Positions 21,585-32,590 of a stretch of DNA of 64,000 nucleotides are shown here, in pieces. The notes beneath the pieces are model-generated. The model was given only the letters and a program-made list of their open reading frames with translations, made no database searches and had not been told where the DNA came from. The stretch's first letter is position 1, and every line of letters begins with the position of its first letter. The position numbers and the translations under genes are program-made. Source of the DNA: Candidatus Poriferihabitaceae bacterium (GTDB taxonomy: Bacteria > Pseudomonadota > Gammaproteobacteria > Arenicellales > Poriferihabitantaceae); NCBI GenBank assembly GCA_965214055.1, contig OZ243931.1, positions 2,900,693 through 2,964,692 of the forward strand. Direction: 5' to 3'.

Positions 21585-21589
21585 GATTT

Positions 21590-21830
21590 AATTTCTCAAC
21601 CCATTTCAGTTTTCTCCACGCCGGGGTATTCGATAACCGTCCAATGGCCGAAACCACGGGGGAACGTCACGCAACCAACGTGTCAAAACTGGTGGGGTCC
21701 CGTACCAACTGATAAAGTCGTTAAAACCCAAATAACCCTGATAACCGGAAGACTCTCAAATGGGTTCGGCCAGACCGAACAACCGACAAGAGACCCATCA
21801 ACCAGGGTTATTCACCTGTATTTTCAATGT
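21590..21830 (-). promoter_or_regulatory. Structured 5' leader of rpsA
   Basis: ~300-bp cmk-rpsA spacer with inverted repeats, e.g. AATAACCCTG (21741) / CAGGGTTATT (21803). There is no strong SD before the rpsA ATG. Confidence 0.45.
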
Positions 21831-21886
21831 ATTCAGGAACCGATGGCTTTGGCTCGTGCAAGGCCGACAGTCCGCCCGGATTGTCC

Positions 21887-22591
21887 TCACGAACAACCCA
21901 GACTCCTTTTGACCCGGCCCAGAACCTCCGCCACAACTTCTCGTATTTCCAGATTCGTTGTATCCAGAATCACCGCGTCATCCGCCGGTTTTAGTGGAGA
22001 AATCTCCCGATTCTCGTCCCGCGCATCGCGTTCCCGTATCTCCTCGAAAAGTTGTGGGATGGTAACATCAAAACCTTTTCCTCTCAACTGCTTAAACCGT
22101 CTTTCTGCCCGTGCCCGGGCACTCGCTGTAATAAAGAATTTACATTTTGCCCGGGCAAATACAACCGTCCCCATGTCTCTTCCATCCGCCACCAGACCCG
22201 GCGGCCGTGCCTGGCTGCGCTGCCACCCAAGCAGGGCTTCCCGGACGGCAGGAATGGGAGAAACGAGTGAAGCCCGCTTTCCCGCTTCTTCCGTGCGTAT
22301 GATATCTCCCAGGGGCCGGTCATCCAGAAAAACCTCTGCGTTTTTAAATTCAATTTTTGCGCTGGCCCACAGCCTGACCAAAGCTTCCTCATCGGACAAC
22401 GCTACATTGTTAACCCATGCCAGATGACCCAGAATGCGGTACAGGGCACCACTGTCCAGATAATGGAATCCCAGTTCCCCGGCCAATGCGGTGGAAACGG
22501 TTCCCTTGCCCGACCCGCCGGGGCCATCAATGGCGATAACCGGGACCGCTCCGGTTCGGTCGGGGACCAGGTCAGGGCTGGACAACGACAA
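21887..22591 (-). CDS. cmk: Cytidylate kinase
   Basis: IAIDGPGGSGKGT, LDSGALYR, LVADGRDMGTVVF and RDARDENR..SPL. Confidence 0.96.
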   Translation of the reverse strand: MSLSSPDLVPDRTGAVPVIAIDGPGGSGKGTVSTALAGELGFHYLDSGALYRILGHLAWVNNVALSDEEALVRLWASAKIEFKNAEVFLDDRPLGDIIRTEEAGKRASLVSPIPAVREALLGWQRSQARPPGLVADGRDMGTVVFARAKCKFFITASARARAERRFKQLRGKGFDVTIPQLFEEIRERDARDENREISPLKPADDAVILDTTNLEIREVVAEVLGRVKRSLGCS

Positions 22592-23906
22592 TGTTCACTC
22601 CGATTTGTTCCGCAAGTTGGGGAAAGGCGGGGAAAGAGGTGGAGACGTTGCCGCAGTCCCGGATTTGCACCGGCCCTGTGGCAACCGTACCGGCCATTGC
22701 AAAGGCCATGGCGATACGATGATCCCCAAAACTGTCCACGCTGCCTCCGGACAATTCCCCCCCCCGGATCGTCATACCATCGTGTTTTTCCACGACCTCG
22801 ACACCCAGGGCCCGAAGACCCAGGACGATGCTGCGGATACGGTCACTTTCCTTCACCCGCAATTCTTCCGCCTGGGAGATCCGCGTCACCCCGGTAGCGC
22901 AGGCCGCCGCTACCGCCACTGCCGGTATTTCATCGATGGACAGGGCAATATCCGATTTTTCGATTTCGATCCCTTTCAACCGGGAGGTTTTCACCACAAT
23001 GTCTGCAACCGGTTCGCCACCGATGATGGACTCATTGATCACCGACACGGAGCCACCCATTCTTCTGAAGAGACGGATCACCCCGTTGCGGCTGGGGTTC
23101 ATCCCCACCTGGTGCAGCAATAACTCGCTGTTCCGGCACAGGAGTCCCGCCAACAGGAAGAAGGTGGCCGATGACAGGTCCGCCGGGACCTCAATATGCC
23201 GGGCCGTCAATTCGCCTCCACCGTGCAGACTGATGACTCCGCCCAATTGCTCCACCGGGTACCCAAACCCCTGGAGCATGCGTTCGGTGTGATCCCGGGT
23301 CGGCGCATTTTCGGTGACCACGGTGCGGCCGCTGGCATACAGCCCCGCCAGCAGGATGGCGGATTTGACCTGGGCGGATGCCATGGGAGGCGTGTACTGG
23401 ATGGGATTCAACTGTCTCACCGGGTGCATTTCCAGGGGAGGTTTCCCATCCTGGGAACGAATATCTGCTCCCATCCGACCCAGGGGGCCAATGATCCTCC
23501 CCATCGGGCGATTGCTCAGGGACGCATCACCGGTGAGGATGGAGGGCCAGGGCTGTGCGCACAAAAGGCCCGCAAGCAGGCGAAATGCTGTTCCCGAGTT
23601 ACCCATGTCGAGTCCACCGGCGGGCTGCTGCAGGCCATTTAGGCCCACGCCATGGATTTCATAGCGGTTGTCCCCGGGCCGGTTGCCGAGACGGTCAATG
23701 GACACCCCCATCTGTCGGAATGCCCGGATGGTTGCCAGCACATCCTCACCTTCCAGGATATTGTCTACCCGGGTTACCCCCCTTGCAATGGCTCCGAAAA
23801 TAACCGCCCGGTGGGAAATGGACTTGTCACCGGAGACCCGGACCCGCCCAGCCAGTCCAGCGGATGGAGAAACCCGGAATTCCATATGGGACGGGTCAGC
23901 GGTCAT
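22572..23906 (-). CDS. aroA: 3-phosphoshikimate 1-carboxyvinyltransferase (class II)
   Basis: GDKSISHRA, DMGNSGT, SAQVKSA, RDHTERML, ELRVKESDR and GDHRIAMAF. Start estimated at ATG 23906. Confidence 0.95.
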   Translation of the reverse strand: MTADPSHMEFRVSPSAGLAGRVRVSGDKSISHRAVIFGAIARGVTRVDNILEGEDVLATIRAFRQMGVSIDRLGNRPGDNRYEIHGVGLNGLQQPAGGLDMGNSGTAFRLLAGLLCAQPWPSILTGDASLSNRPMGRIIGPLGRMGADIRSQDGKPPLEMHPVRQLNPIQYTPPMASAQVKSAILLAGLYASGRTVVTENAPTRDHTERMLQGFGYPVEQLGGVISLHGGGELTARHIEVPADLSSATFFLLAGLLCRNSELLLHQVGMNPSRNGVIRLFRRMGGSVSVINESIIGGEPVADIVVKTSRLKGIEIEKSDIALSIDEIPAVAVAAACATGVTRISQAEELRVKESDRIRSIVLGLRALGVEVVEKHDGMTIRGGELSGGSVDSFGDHRIAMAFAMAGTVATGPVQIRDCGNVSTSFPAFPQLAEQIGVNIVVVQP

Positions 23907-24214
23907 CCCCGCCACCTGGAAGAACAACGATTTCCGCCAGGGGACTGATGCCGTCCTGTGGGCCGCACCGTGGCGAAACAAAACCGCCACGGCAGGCTCT
24001 GCCAGGACTATGTGGGAGCAACATGGATATCAATGATTCCAGTCGAAACACCCGTCAAACCGGTCCGACAGTCCCGGGTCGTCCGGGTTGCCCCATCGTG
24101 CTGCCATGGCAAATCCGCCTGGGCGGCATAAGTTTGGGATTCAACCCTGAATATTCCGAGTGATTTCATGATCCCCATTATAATTTGGTCCATGGCGATT
24201 TCAAGTGAAATCAG

Positions 24215-25159
24215 CTACGGCAGGCCTCCCGTCCCGTCGCAATTCCACTCCCGTGAACCCCTCTTCGGCTGGGATGGACTGTCTGTCTCCATCAACAGCC
24301 AGTCATGAAAGGCCCGGATTTTTGGCCGGTCCAGGCCCCCGCGCTTGTAGACAATATAATACGAATAGGGCATGGACAGTTTCTTGTCGAATGGACGGAT
24401 CAGCCGTCCCGACGCAAACTCATCGGTGAGCAGTAAATCCGAACCAAGTGCCACCCCCTGACCGTCAATGGCCGCCTGCAGGATAACATTGGCATCATCC
24501 ATTGTCGTCCCATGCTCGAGGAGAACATCTTCCACCCCCGCACGCTTGAACCACCCGGTCCACATGGAATAATCGTTTTCGTGCAGCAGCTCGTGATGCG
24601 CCAGGTCATCAATGGTCTTAAGAGGCCGACCCCGGGTAATCAGTTTTGGGCTGCACACCGGCAGGGCCCGGGTTCTCAACAACAATTTCGAATCCATGCT
24701 TTTCCAGTCGTCCTGCCCCCAGCTGATGGCAATATCGATTTCCGGGTTCTGGAAATCCCCGGGCTGGGGAGAATGATGCAGTCGAAGATCAATATGGGGA
24801 TACTGTGCCCAGAACCGGCTCAACCGCACGGTCAGCCATTTCGCTGAAAAATAGGGCGTCAGACTGACATTCAGGATGCTGTCCTCCATCCCCTTTCTCA
24901 ACCGCTCGCTGGTTTCCGCAATCTGGCGAAACGATTCCCCGACGACGGAATACAGGGCGTGTCCCGCCTGGGTCAATCGCAGTTTACGGGTCATACGCAC
25001 AAACAGGGATACCCCGAGATCCCTTTCCAATACCTTGATCTGGTGGCTGATCGCGGCCTGTGTCACGTTCAGTTCCATTGCCGCCCGGGTAAAACTCAAA
25101 TGCCTGGCCGCCACTTCGAAAGAGCGCAGGGCAATCGGGGGAGGCAGGTTCAAAGCCAT
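24215..25159 (-). CDS. LysR-family transcriptional regulator, GcvA-like
   Basis: LPP..ALRSFEVAARHLSFTRAA.ELNVTQAAISHQIK.LE and AAIDGQGVAL. Confidence 0.92.
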   Translation of the reverse strand: MALNLPPPIALRSFEVAARHLSFTRAAMELNVTQAAISHQIKVLERDLGVSLFVRMTRKLRLTQAGHALYSVVGESFRQIAETSERLRKGMEDSILNVSLTPYFSAKWLTVRLSRFWAQYPHIDLRLHHSPQPGDFQNPEIDIAISWGQDDWKSMDSKLLLRTRALPVCSPKLITRGRPLKTIDDLAHHELLHENDYSMWTGWFKRAGVEDVLLEHGTTMDDANVILQAAIDGQGVALGSDLLLTDEFASGRLIRPFDKKLSMPYSYYIVYKRGGLDRPKIRAFHDWLLMETDSPSQPKRGSREWNCDGTGGLP

Positions 25160-25169
25160 GGACGATGGA

Positions 25170-25260
25170 CAATGGATTAATTTAACTTGTGCATATTATA
25201 AAAATAAATCGCTTGTAAACGCCAGAACAAAAGCGTATTTAGTTGTATGACATAAATGAA
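25170..25260 (+). promoter_or_regulatory. AT-rich divergent LysR/emrA promoter region
   Basis: Very AT-rich spacer containing ATTAATTTAAC and TTGTAA-17bp-TATTTA, between divergent LysR and emrA genes. Confidence 0.5.
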
Positions 25261-25301
25261 ATTTATCATCAATCCATAACCGGAATCTCCCCGTACCTGC
25301 C

Positions 25302-26369
25302 GTGATGAAGTATCGCAAAACCAAACGAGTTGTATTTCTGGTTCTGATTCCCCTCTTCGGCCTGACGGTTGCCGGGTATGTCTACTATTCCGGTGGACGA
25401 CATGTGGTCACGGAAAATGCCTATGTGAAGGCCCATTTGGTCCATGTCAGCAGCGACATTGACGGGCGGGTCATCGATGTCCGGGTCCACAGCAACCAGG
25501 AAATCCGCCGCGGGGACCTGCTGTTCCGGATTGACCCGGAACCCGCCGAGATCGAACTGGATGCGGCGAAGGCGGAAATCGAGAATGTCCGGTTGCGAAT
25601 CCAGTCTCTCAAGTCCCAGTACAGGCAGTCCCAGCTTGAAATCGATGATGCCCGGGAACGGATCAAGTACCTCGCGTCCCTGCTCAACCGGCAGGAAAAG
25701 CTGAAGCAGCAGGGTCACGGACTGGAAATCGACTACGACAGGGCCGAGCATGACCTGGAAATGGGACGCCGAGCCCTTGCAGGCGCCCATCACCGGGCCT
25801 CCGCGGTGCTCGCTGACCTCGGCGGCAACCCGGACCTGCCCGCGGAAGAACACGCACTGTTTCTGGCCGTCCGGGCCAAGGTGGACAAGGCATTGCGGGA
25901 TCTGCGGTCCACCCATATTTATGCGCCAACGGACGGCATTCTGAGCAGGGTGTCCCTGGAAGCCGGGGAATATGTGGAAGCCGGCGATTCCCTTTTTGCC
26001 ATCGTCGAGACTGAGAAGGTCTGGGTGGAAGCCAACCTCAAGGAATCCCAGCTGACCCATTTGCGTGAAGGACAGCGCGCCACGATCACGGTAGATGCCT
26101 ATCCCGACCGACCGCTCCAGGCAACGGTTACCAGTGTCAGCCCCGCCACCGGTGCTGAATTTGCGGTCCTGCCCCCACAGAATGCGACCGGGAACTGGGT
26201 CAAGGTGGTGCAGAGAATCCCGGTCCGGCTGGACCTTGCTTCCCCCATGCCGGACCCTCCGCTACGCGCCGGCATGACCACCCGGATTGTCATTGATACC
26301 CATCACAAACGAGCACTGCCCGGTTTTGTCAGGACGGTCATTGCCGGCCTGACACCCGCCGATGAATGA
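25302..26369 (+). CDS. EmrA/HlyD-family membrane fusion protein
   Basis: TENAYV, VWVEANLKESQL and GAEFAVLPPQNATGNWVKVVQRIPVR. Confidence 0.93.
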   Translation: MMKYRKTKRVVFLVLIPLFGLTVAGYVYYSGGRHVVTENAYVKAHLVHVSSDIDGRVIDVRVHSNQEIRRGDLLFRIDPEPAEIELDAAKAEIENVRLRIQSLKSQYRQSQLEIDDARERIKYLASLLNRQEKLKQQGHGLEIDYDRAEHDLEMGRRALAGAHHRASAVLADLGGNPDLPAEEHALFLAVRAKVDKALRDLRSTHIYAPTDGILSRVSLEAGEYVEAGDSLFAIVETEKVWVEANLKESQLTHLREGQRATITVDAYPDRPLQATVTSVSPATGAEFAVLPPQNATGNWVKVVQRIPVRLDLASPMPDPPLRAGMTTRIVIDTHHKRALPGFVRTVIAGLTPADE

Positions 26370-27873
26370 TGCCGTGACCCCGGTTACGGGGTCCACAAAA
26401 TGGCTGCTCGTCCTGTCCGCCATTGTCGGGTCCAGCGTTTTTGAGTTCGCCTGGACCATTGTCGGGGTCGCCCTTCCCCAGATGCAGGGGGCATTCTCTG
26501 CCACGCAGGACCAGGTGACCTGGGTGATGACCTCCTTCATGATGGGCTGTGCGGTGGCCATCGCCTGTATCGGCTGGCTCAGTGACCGCTTTGGCCGCAA
26601 ACGGATATTTGCCCTGTCCATCGGCGGTTTCACGTTTACCCTGGTGATGTGCGCCACCTCGAGCACCCTGTTCGAGGAGTCATTCTGGCGATTCATGCAG
26701 GGAGCGCTGGGGGCCGGAATCCTGCCGCTTGGCCAGGCCATTACCCTGGATGCCTTTCCTTCCAACCAGCAGGGACGGGCCACTGCTGTTTGGGGAAACG
26801 GGGTGGTTCTCGGTGGCATCATGGGCCCCGTCATTGGCGGCGTGATCGTGGAATATTTCAGTTGGCCATGGATCTTCTGGCTCAATGTCCCGGTGGGACT
26901 GCTCGCCCTGGTCGGTGTGCTCATTTATGTCCCCGAGGTCAACAGTGAGCCCGACCGGCCTATGGACTGGTTTGGCTTTTTCCTGTTGACCAGCGGCCTG
27001 GCAATGCTGCAGATCATGCTGAATCGTGGAGAGCGTCTTGACTGGTTTGAATCCCCGGAAATCCAGTTGGAAGCCGTCTACACCGTGGTTTCCCTGTACC
27101 TGTTTGTCATGCACAGCTGGACCACCCGCACGCCTTTTTTCCGACCACAACTGTTTTCAGACCGGAATTTCATGCTCGGTCAACTGTTTATCATGATCAA
27201 TGGTGCACTGGCCATCCTGCCCCTTGTGCTGTTGCCGCTGTTGCTGCAAAACGTGGGAGGCTATCCCGCCATCACCGCAGGGGGACTGGTCATCTTTCGT
27301 GGAATCGGCCTGATCATCGGCCTGTCCATCATGACATATATCTCAGACCGGATTGATGGACGGGTCCTGTTGATCGCGGGATTGCTCATCATGGGGGTAT
27401 CCGGGTGGGCGATGTCGACGTGGACCGTGAATATTTCACAATTCGAGGTGATCTGGACCAATACATTGCAGGGAATTGCATCCGGTATTATCTATGTACA
27501 GATTACGGCGCTGACCTTTTACTCCCTGCCGTCCCGGCTGCGCACAGAAGGATTCGCTGTCTTTCATACCCTGTTTTTCGCAGGCGGCGCCATCGGAGTG
27601 GCCGGCATCGTATTCGTCCATACCCACACGTCACAAATCAACCATGCCAACCTGTCCACATTCCTCACCCCTTTGCGGGAGGTTTTCAGGTTTTCGACGA
27701 CCCCGGAAGAGTGGAATCTCAATACCCTTTCCGGTCTCGCGTCCCTGCAGGATGAACTGGTGCGCCAGGCCAGCATGATTGCCTACAACAACACCTTTTT
27801 TGCGGTGGCCATGCTGTCCTTTGTTGCGGTTCCCCTGGCGGGGCTGTTCAGGCTGGGAACCCGGCCCGAATGA
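26362..27873 (+). CDS. EmrB/DHA2-family MFS efflux permease
   Basis: TIVGVALPQMQG, WLSDRFGRKR, GP.IGG and LQIMLNRGERLDWFES. Confidence 0.92.
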   Translation: MNDAVTPVTGSTKWLLVLSAIVGSSVFEFAWTIVGVALPQMQGAFSATQDQVTWVMTSFMMGCAVAIACIGWLSDRFGRKRIFALSIGGFTFTLVMCATSSTLFEESFWRFMQGALGAGILPLGQAITLDAFPSNQQGRATAVWGNGVVLGGIMGPVIGGVIVEYFSWPWIFWLNVPVGLLALVGVLIYVPEVNSEPDRPMDWFGFFLLTSGLAMLQIMLNRGERLDWFESPEIQLEAVYTVVSLYLFVMHSWTTRTPFFRPQLFSDRNFMLGQLFIMINGALAILPLVLLPLLLQNVGGYPAITAGGLVIFRGIGLIIGLSIMTYISDRIDGRVLLIAGLLIMGVSGWAMSTWTVNISQFEVIWTNTLQGIASGIIYVQITALTFYSLPSRLRTEGFAVFHTLFFAGGAIGVAGIVFVHTHTSQINHANLSTFLTPLREVFRFSTTPEEWNLNTLSGLASLQDELVRQASMIAYNNTFFAVAMLSFVAVPLAGLFRLGTRPE

Positions 27874-27903
27874 ACCCGAAAAACCGACCTGCGGGGTGCT
27901 GGA

Positions 27904-28803
27904 TCAGCCAGGGGCGGGCTTTCGTTTCTCCGTGATCCGGGAACGGGCCTGTTTCGCCGAGGCATACAGTTCCCCGATTCCGCTCCCGTCCTCCCCGGCA
28001 ATCATGTTGGCCAGCTGGTCAAGATGCCGCTGGTAGCGGGCAATGTCTTCAAGCAGTTTCTGCCTGTTCATGAGGCAGATATCCCGCCACATGTCGGGAT
28101 CGGACGACGCCGTACGGGTGAAATCATACAATCCCCCCGCCGCCATCTGGTAGCACGCCCGGCGGTCCGGGGAGCGCGACAGGTAATCCATCATCACATA
28201 GGCCAGCACATGGGGCAAATGACTGGTCAGGGACAGCACCCGGTCATGGTCTTCAACCTCCATCAAATTCACCTCGCCGCCGGTTGAGGCCCACATCCGC
28301 TGTATGGTTGTGCAGGCTTCCGGACTGGTTTCCTTGTGCGGAGTGAGAATGATCCTGTGGTTTTCAAAAAGTTCCGCACTCGCCGCAGCGATGCCGGATT
28401 TTTCCTTCCCGGCAATCGGGTGCCCGGGTACAAACCGTGAAAAATACGGTCCAAGGACTTTCCTCGCGCAATCCACAATACCCCCCTTGACGCTGCCCAC
28501 GTCCGTGAGTATTTTGGTCTCGTCCATGGCCTGCGAAACGGTCTTAAGAAGCTGGTTGATCGTGTTGACCGGTGTGGCGAGTACAATGACCTCGGCATCC
28601 GCAACCGCCTGCCGGGGATCAGGCTGGATCTCATCGATGGCCCCGACCTGAAGTGCCCATTCCAGGTTCGCCCTTGAACGGCCCACGCCGATGACCTTTC
28701 CGGTGCAACCCGCCCGCTTGAGTGCCAGTGCCAGGGAACCGCCAATCAGTCCCACTCCAAAAATGGCAATGCTTGAAATGCTGGCTGAGGTGCGGGTAGT
28801 CAA
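27904..28803 (-). CDS. tyrA: Prephenate/arogenate dehydrogenase
   Basis: GVGLIGGS, TDVGSVK, FVPGHPIAG.E.SG, HD......SHLPH and D.TR.A.SDP.MW. TTG start estimated. Confidence 0.92.
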   Translation of the reverse strand: MTTRTSASISSIAIFGVGLIGGSLALALKRAGCTGKVIGVGRSRANLEWALQVGAIDEIQPDPRQAVADAEVIVLATPVNTINQLLKTVSQAMDETKILTDVGSVKGGIVDCARKVLGPYFSRFVPGHPIAGKEKSGIAAASAELFENHRIILTPHKETSPEACTTIQRMWASTGGEVNLMEVEDHDRVLSLTSHLPHVLAYVMMDYLSRSPDRRACYQMAAGGLYDFTRTASSDPDMWRDICLMNRQKLLEDIARYQRHLDQLANMIAGEDGSGIGELYASAKQARSRITEKRKPAPG

Positions 28804-28817
28804 CGCGAAGCGGTCCC

Positions 28818-29951
28818 TTATCGTGATACGGAATAGGAACCCAGGTTTTTGAACAGGCCCGCTTCCACTTTCAACCGCTCCAATGCCCGCGACACATGTT
28901 CCTCGTCCCGATGCCCAACAATATCGATGAAGAACAGGTAATCCCACAATTTGACCCGGGACGGCCGGGATTCGATCTTGGTCATGTCGATCTGTTCGTC
29001 AAGGAGGGGACTTAACAAATGCAGCAACGCTCCGGGACGACTTCGGCAGGACAACAACAGACTGGTCTTGTCGTTTCCGCTGGGGGGCGTTGCACGATTT
29101 GAAAGCACCAGGAACCGGGTAGTATTCGCCGGTTCATCTGCGATATTGGCGGCCAACGTATTCAACTGGTACCGTTCCGCCGCGGTCGAGCTGGCGATGG
29201 CGGCGACACCGTCGCCTTCAGAAGCGATTCGGGCCGCTTCCGCATTGCTGCTCACCGGCACCAGTTCCGCATGGGGGCAATGCCGGTGCAACCAGCGCTG
29301 GCACTGGCCCAGCGACTGCGAATGGGCATAGACTTTCGTCACCGGGTCGCTCGGGATTCCCTTCCCCAGCAGGTTATGCAGGATTCGCAAATTGATTTCC
29401 GAACAGATGGTCAGGGGGGTGGTCACCAGCCTGTCCAGCGTTCCCGACACTCCACCTTCCGTGGAGTTTTCAATGGGCACCACAGCAAAATCAGTCTGCC
29501 CGGCTTCCGTGGCCTTGAAAACTTCAGCGATGGTGGGAAAATCCACCACACCGATGGTGCGGCCAAAATGATGCCGGGCCGCCGCCTCCGTATAGGTCCC
29601 GGGAGGGCCCAGCACGGAAACCGACAAGGCGGCTTCCGTGCTCCGTGTAATGGACAGAATTTCCCGGAACAGGGAGGTCAGGGACTGGTCGTCCAGCAAT
29701 CCGCTGTTTTCTCCATTCTCCGGTCCATGATTCAATTCATGATTCAGTTCATGATTCAGTTCATGCAGCCGGGCCAGTATCTGGGCTTCGCGTTCCGGCC
29801 GGTAGTACGCCGGTTCATTCAGCGTTTCCTTGACTTCGGCAATGGATCGGGCAATGGTGAGCCGGTCATGCATCAGGCGCAGGATATCGGCATCAATCCG
29901 GTCAATCCGGTCCCGGTAGACATTCAGTTTTCTGTCGGAATCAGCCGTCAC
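28818..29951 (-). CDS. pheA: Chorismate mutase/prephenate dehydratase (P-protein)
   Basis: R..IDRID...YYRPERE, LGPPGTYTE, VPIENSTEG, NTTRFLV and MTKIESRPS. Confidence 0.95.
   Translation of the reverse strand: MTADSDRKLNVYRDRIDRIDADILRLMHDRLTIARSIAEVKETLNEPAYYRPEREAQILARLHELNHELNHELNHGPENGENSGLLDDQSLTSLFREILSITRSTEAALSVSVLGPPGTYTEAAARHHFGRTIGVVDFPTIAEVFKATEAGQTDFAVVPIENSTEGGVSGTLDRLVTTPLTICSEINLRILHNLLGKGIPSDPVTKVYAHSQSLGQCQRWLHRHCPHAELVPVSSNAEAARIASEGDGVAAIASSTAAERYQLNTLAANIADEPANTTRFLVLSNRATPPSGNDKTSLLLSCRSRPGALLHLLSPLLDEQIDMTKIESRPSRVKLWDYLFFIDIVGHRDEEHVSRALERLKVEAGLFKNLGSYSVSR
29726..29765. repeat. In-frame 12-bp tandem repeat (~3.3 copies of CATGATTCARTT) inside pheA
   Basis: Encodes HELNHELNHELNH in the chorismate mutase domain. 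Confidence 0.9.
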
Positions 29952-29977
29952 AATACTGCCCTTGGGATGTCCTGCAC

Positions 29978-32590
29978 TCAGTGAAGAACGGTATCGGCTG
30001 GAGGTTCATCCTCATCCGTCTCCGTCTCCACCACCTTGCTGACACTGACCAGGCGTTCCTCATTCTTCAGGGAGATCAATCGGACCCCCTGGGTATTTCT
30101 GCCCCGGGTCAGGATCTCTTCGACCCGGGTCCGGATCAGGATTCCTCCATCGGTGATGAGCATGATTTCGTCGCTGTCATTGAGAATATGGGCGCTGACC
30201 ACTTTTCCGTTCCTGCGGGATGTCTTGATGGCAATCACTCCCTTGCCACCGCGTTTTATTCTCGGAAAATCACTTACCAGCGTCCGGGTGCCATACCCAT
30301 TGACCGCACTGGTCAGGATCGTGGGTTCCTGGACCGGGCTTTGGCCATTGCCGGTCTTTTCGGAAAAATCCGGTAGAACCATCAATGCGATGACATTCTG
30401 GTCCAGGCCCAGCCGCATCCCCCGCATCCCCCTGGCGGTTCGTCCCATGACCCGGACATCGGTTTCCGAAAAACGGATCGCCTTGCCCGCATCGCTGATC
30501 AACAGGATGTCTTCGCTTCCATCCGTGAGTACGACACCGATCAGGTGGTCATTTTCCTTGAGGTCCACGGCAATAATCCCCGATCGCCTGGGCCGGGAAA
30601 AATTCTCCAGGCGGCATTTCTTGATAATCCCCCGGGACGTGGCCATGAAGACATTCTTATCGCCGTCGTACCCCTTGATCGGCAAAATCGTGGTGATCAG
30701 TTCGTCTGCATCCAGCGGCAACAGGTTGACCAGGGGTTTTCCTCTGGCCTGGCGCCCGGCCTGGGGCAGCTGGAAGGCGCGCAACCAGTACACCTTGCCC
30801 TGATTTGAAAAGCACAGCATGGTATCGTGGGAGTTGGCAACAAACATCTTGCTGACAAAATCCTCTTCCTTGGTTCTCGTTGCGATTTTTCCCTTGCCCC
30901 CCCGTTTTTGTGCGCGGTACTCCGAAACCGGTTGGGATTTCGCGTATCCCGTGTGGGAAATGGTAACCACCACGTCTTCCTCAGGAATCAGGTCTTCCAT
31001 GGAAAGGTCAATTTCCCCCTCCACAATCTCCGTACGGCGGTCATCACTGTAACGGTCCCGTATCTCCTGCAGTTCCCCGCGGATCACCGATATCAGGCGA
31101 TCGGGATTTTTCAACACTTCCAGCAGACTCCGTATTTCCTCAATGATCCGGGCATATTCCCGGTGAATTTTTTCCTGCTCCAGCCCGGTCAATCGATGCA
31201 ACCGCAGGTCCAGGATGGACTGGGCCTGGTCCGGCGACAGCCGATAGGTGGTTGAGTCCAGGCCATACCGATCTGGCAGTTTTTCCGGCCGGGACAAGTT
31301 GGCGTCCCCGCGGGACAGCATGTCGACGACGGGACCGGCTTTCCAGGGGATTTCAAGCAATTTTTTCTTCGCTTCCGCGGGAGTCTGCGCCGCCTTGATC
31401 AGGGCAATGACCACATCAATATTGGCCAGAGCCACCGCCAGGCCTTCGAGGATATGTGCCCGGGCCCGGGCCTTGCGAAGCTCGAATACCGTTCGTCGGG
31501 TGACCACCTCCCGGCGATGCCGGATAAATTCATTCAGCGCCTCCTTGAGATTGAACAGCTGCGGGTGGTTGTGGTTCAGCGCAACCAGATTGATCCCGTA
31601 TACCGATTGCATCTGGGTGAACTTGTACAGATTGTTCAATACCACTTCCGACTGTTCGCCCCGTTTGATTTCGATGACCATCCGCATCCCGGATTTGTCC
31701 GACTCATCCCGGACCGCCGAGATGCCTTCAATGCGTTTGTTCTTGACCAGTTCCGCTATCTTCTGCATCAACCGGGCCTTGTTGACCTGGTAGGGGAGTT
31801 CGTGAACGATGATGGATTCCCGGCCATTTCGGTTGGTCTCGATGTCCAGTCGTGCACGAACATATATCCGTCCCTTGCCGGTTTCATACGCCCGGCGAAT
31901 GCCGCTGTGGCCAAAGATGATGCCCGCAGTGGGGAAGTCCGGTCCGGGCAGGTGTTTCATCAATTCGCCCACGCTGATTTCACTGTCGTCCATCAGGGCA
32001 AAACAGGCATCAATAGTTTCTCCGAGATTGTGCGGGGGGATATTCGTCGCCATCCCCACTGCAATACCGGTAGAGCCATTGACCAGCAGATTGGGGATAC
32101 GGGTGGGCAATACCAGTGGCTGGGTTTCGGTTTCATCATAATTGGGGCCGAAATCCACGGTTTCCTTCTCCAGGTCAGAAAGCAGCTCATGGGCAATTCT
32201 GTCCAGCCGGATTTCGGTATACCGCATCGCCGCAGGCGCGTCCCCATCCACCGAACCGAAATTACCCTGACCATCGACCAGCATGTACCGCATGGAAAAA
32301 TTCTGCGCCATCCGGACAATGGAGTCATAGACCGCCGTATCACCGTGGGGGTGATACTTGCCGATGACATCCCCCACCACCCTGGCGGATTTCTTGTATG
32401 CCTTGTTCCAGTCATTGCCAAGTACGGACATGGCGTACAGAATGCGCCGGTGCACGGGTTTCAGCCCATCCCGGATATCCGGCAATGCCCGACCCACAAT
32501 CACGCTCATGGCGTAGTCGAGATAGGATTGCCGCATTTCCTTCTCGAGATTGGCCTGAAGCGTTTCCTTGGCAAATGGGGTTTCTTTCAT
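29978..32590 (-). CDS. gyrA: DNA gyrase subunit A
   Basis: [35 protein letters not shown] and GyrA-box QKRGGKG. Confidence 0.98.
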   Translation of the reverse strand: MKETPFAKETLQANLEKEMRQSYLDYAMSVIVGRALPDIRDGLKPVHRRILYAMSVLGNDWNKAYKKSARVVGDVIGKYHPHGDTAVYDSIVRMAQNFSMRYMLVDGQGNFGSVDGDAPAAMRYTEIRLDRIAHELLSDLEKETVDFGPNYDETETQPLVLPTRIPNLLVNGSTGIAVGMATNIPPHNLGETIDACFALMDDSEISVGELMKHLPGPDFPTAGIIFGHSGIRRAYETGKGRIYVRARLDIETNRNGRESIIVHELPYQVNKARLMQKIAELVKNKRIEGISAVRDESDKSGMRMVIEIKRGEQSEVVLNNLYKFTQMQSVYGINLVALNHNHPQLFNLKEALNEFIRHRREVVTRRTVFELRKARARAHILEGLAVALANIDVVIALIKAAQTPAEAKKKLLEIPWKAGPVVDMLSRGDANLSRPEKLPDRYGLDSTTYRLSPDQAQSILDLRLHRLTGLEQEKIHREYARIIEEIRSLLEVLKNPDRLISVIRGELQEIRDRYSDDRRTEIVEGEIDLSMEDLIPEEDVVVTISHTGYAKSQPVSEYRAQKRGGKGKIATRTKEEDFVSKMFVANSHDTMLCFSNQGKVYWLRAFQLPQAGRQARGKPLVNLLPLDADELITTILPIKGYDGDKNVFMATSRGIIKKCRLENFSRPRRSGIIAVDLKENDHLIGVVLTDGSEDILLISDAGKAIRFSETDVRVMGRTARGMRGMRLGLDQNVIALMVLPDFSEKTGNGQSPVQEPTILTSAVNGYGTRTLVSDFPRIKRGGKGVIAIKTSRRNGKVVSAHILNDSDEIMLITDGGILIRTRVEEILTRGRNTQGVRLISLKNEERLVSVSKVVETETDEDEPPADTVLH

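Noticed and set aside
24008-24193. 61-aa ORF between LysR and aroA
   Set aside because: No recognisable motif or clear RBS, so it cannot be supported as a gene.
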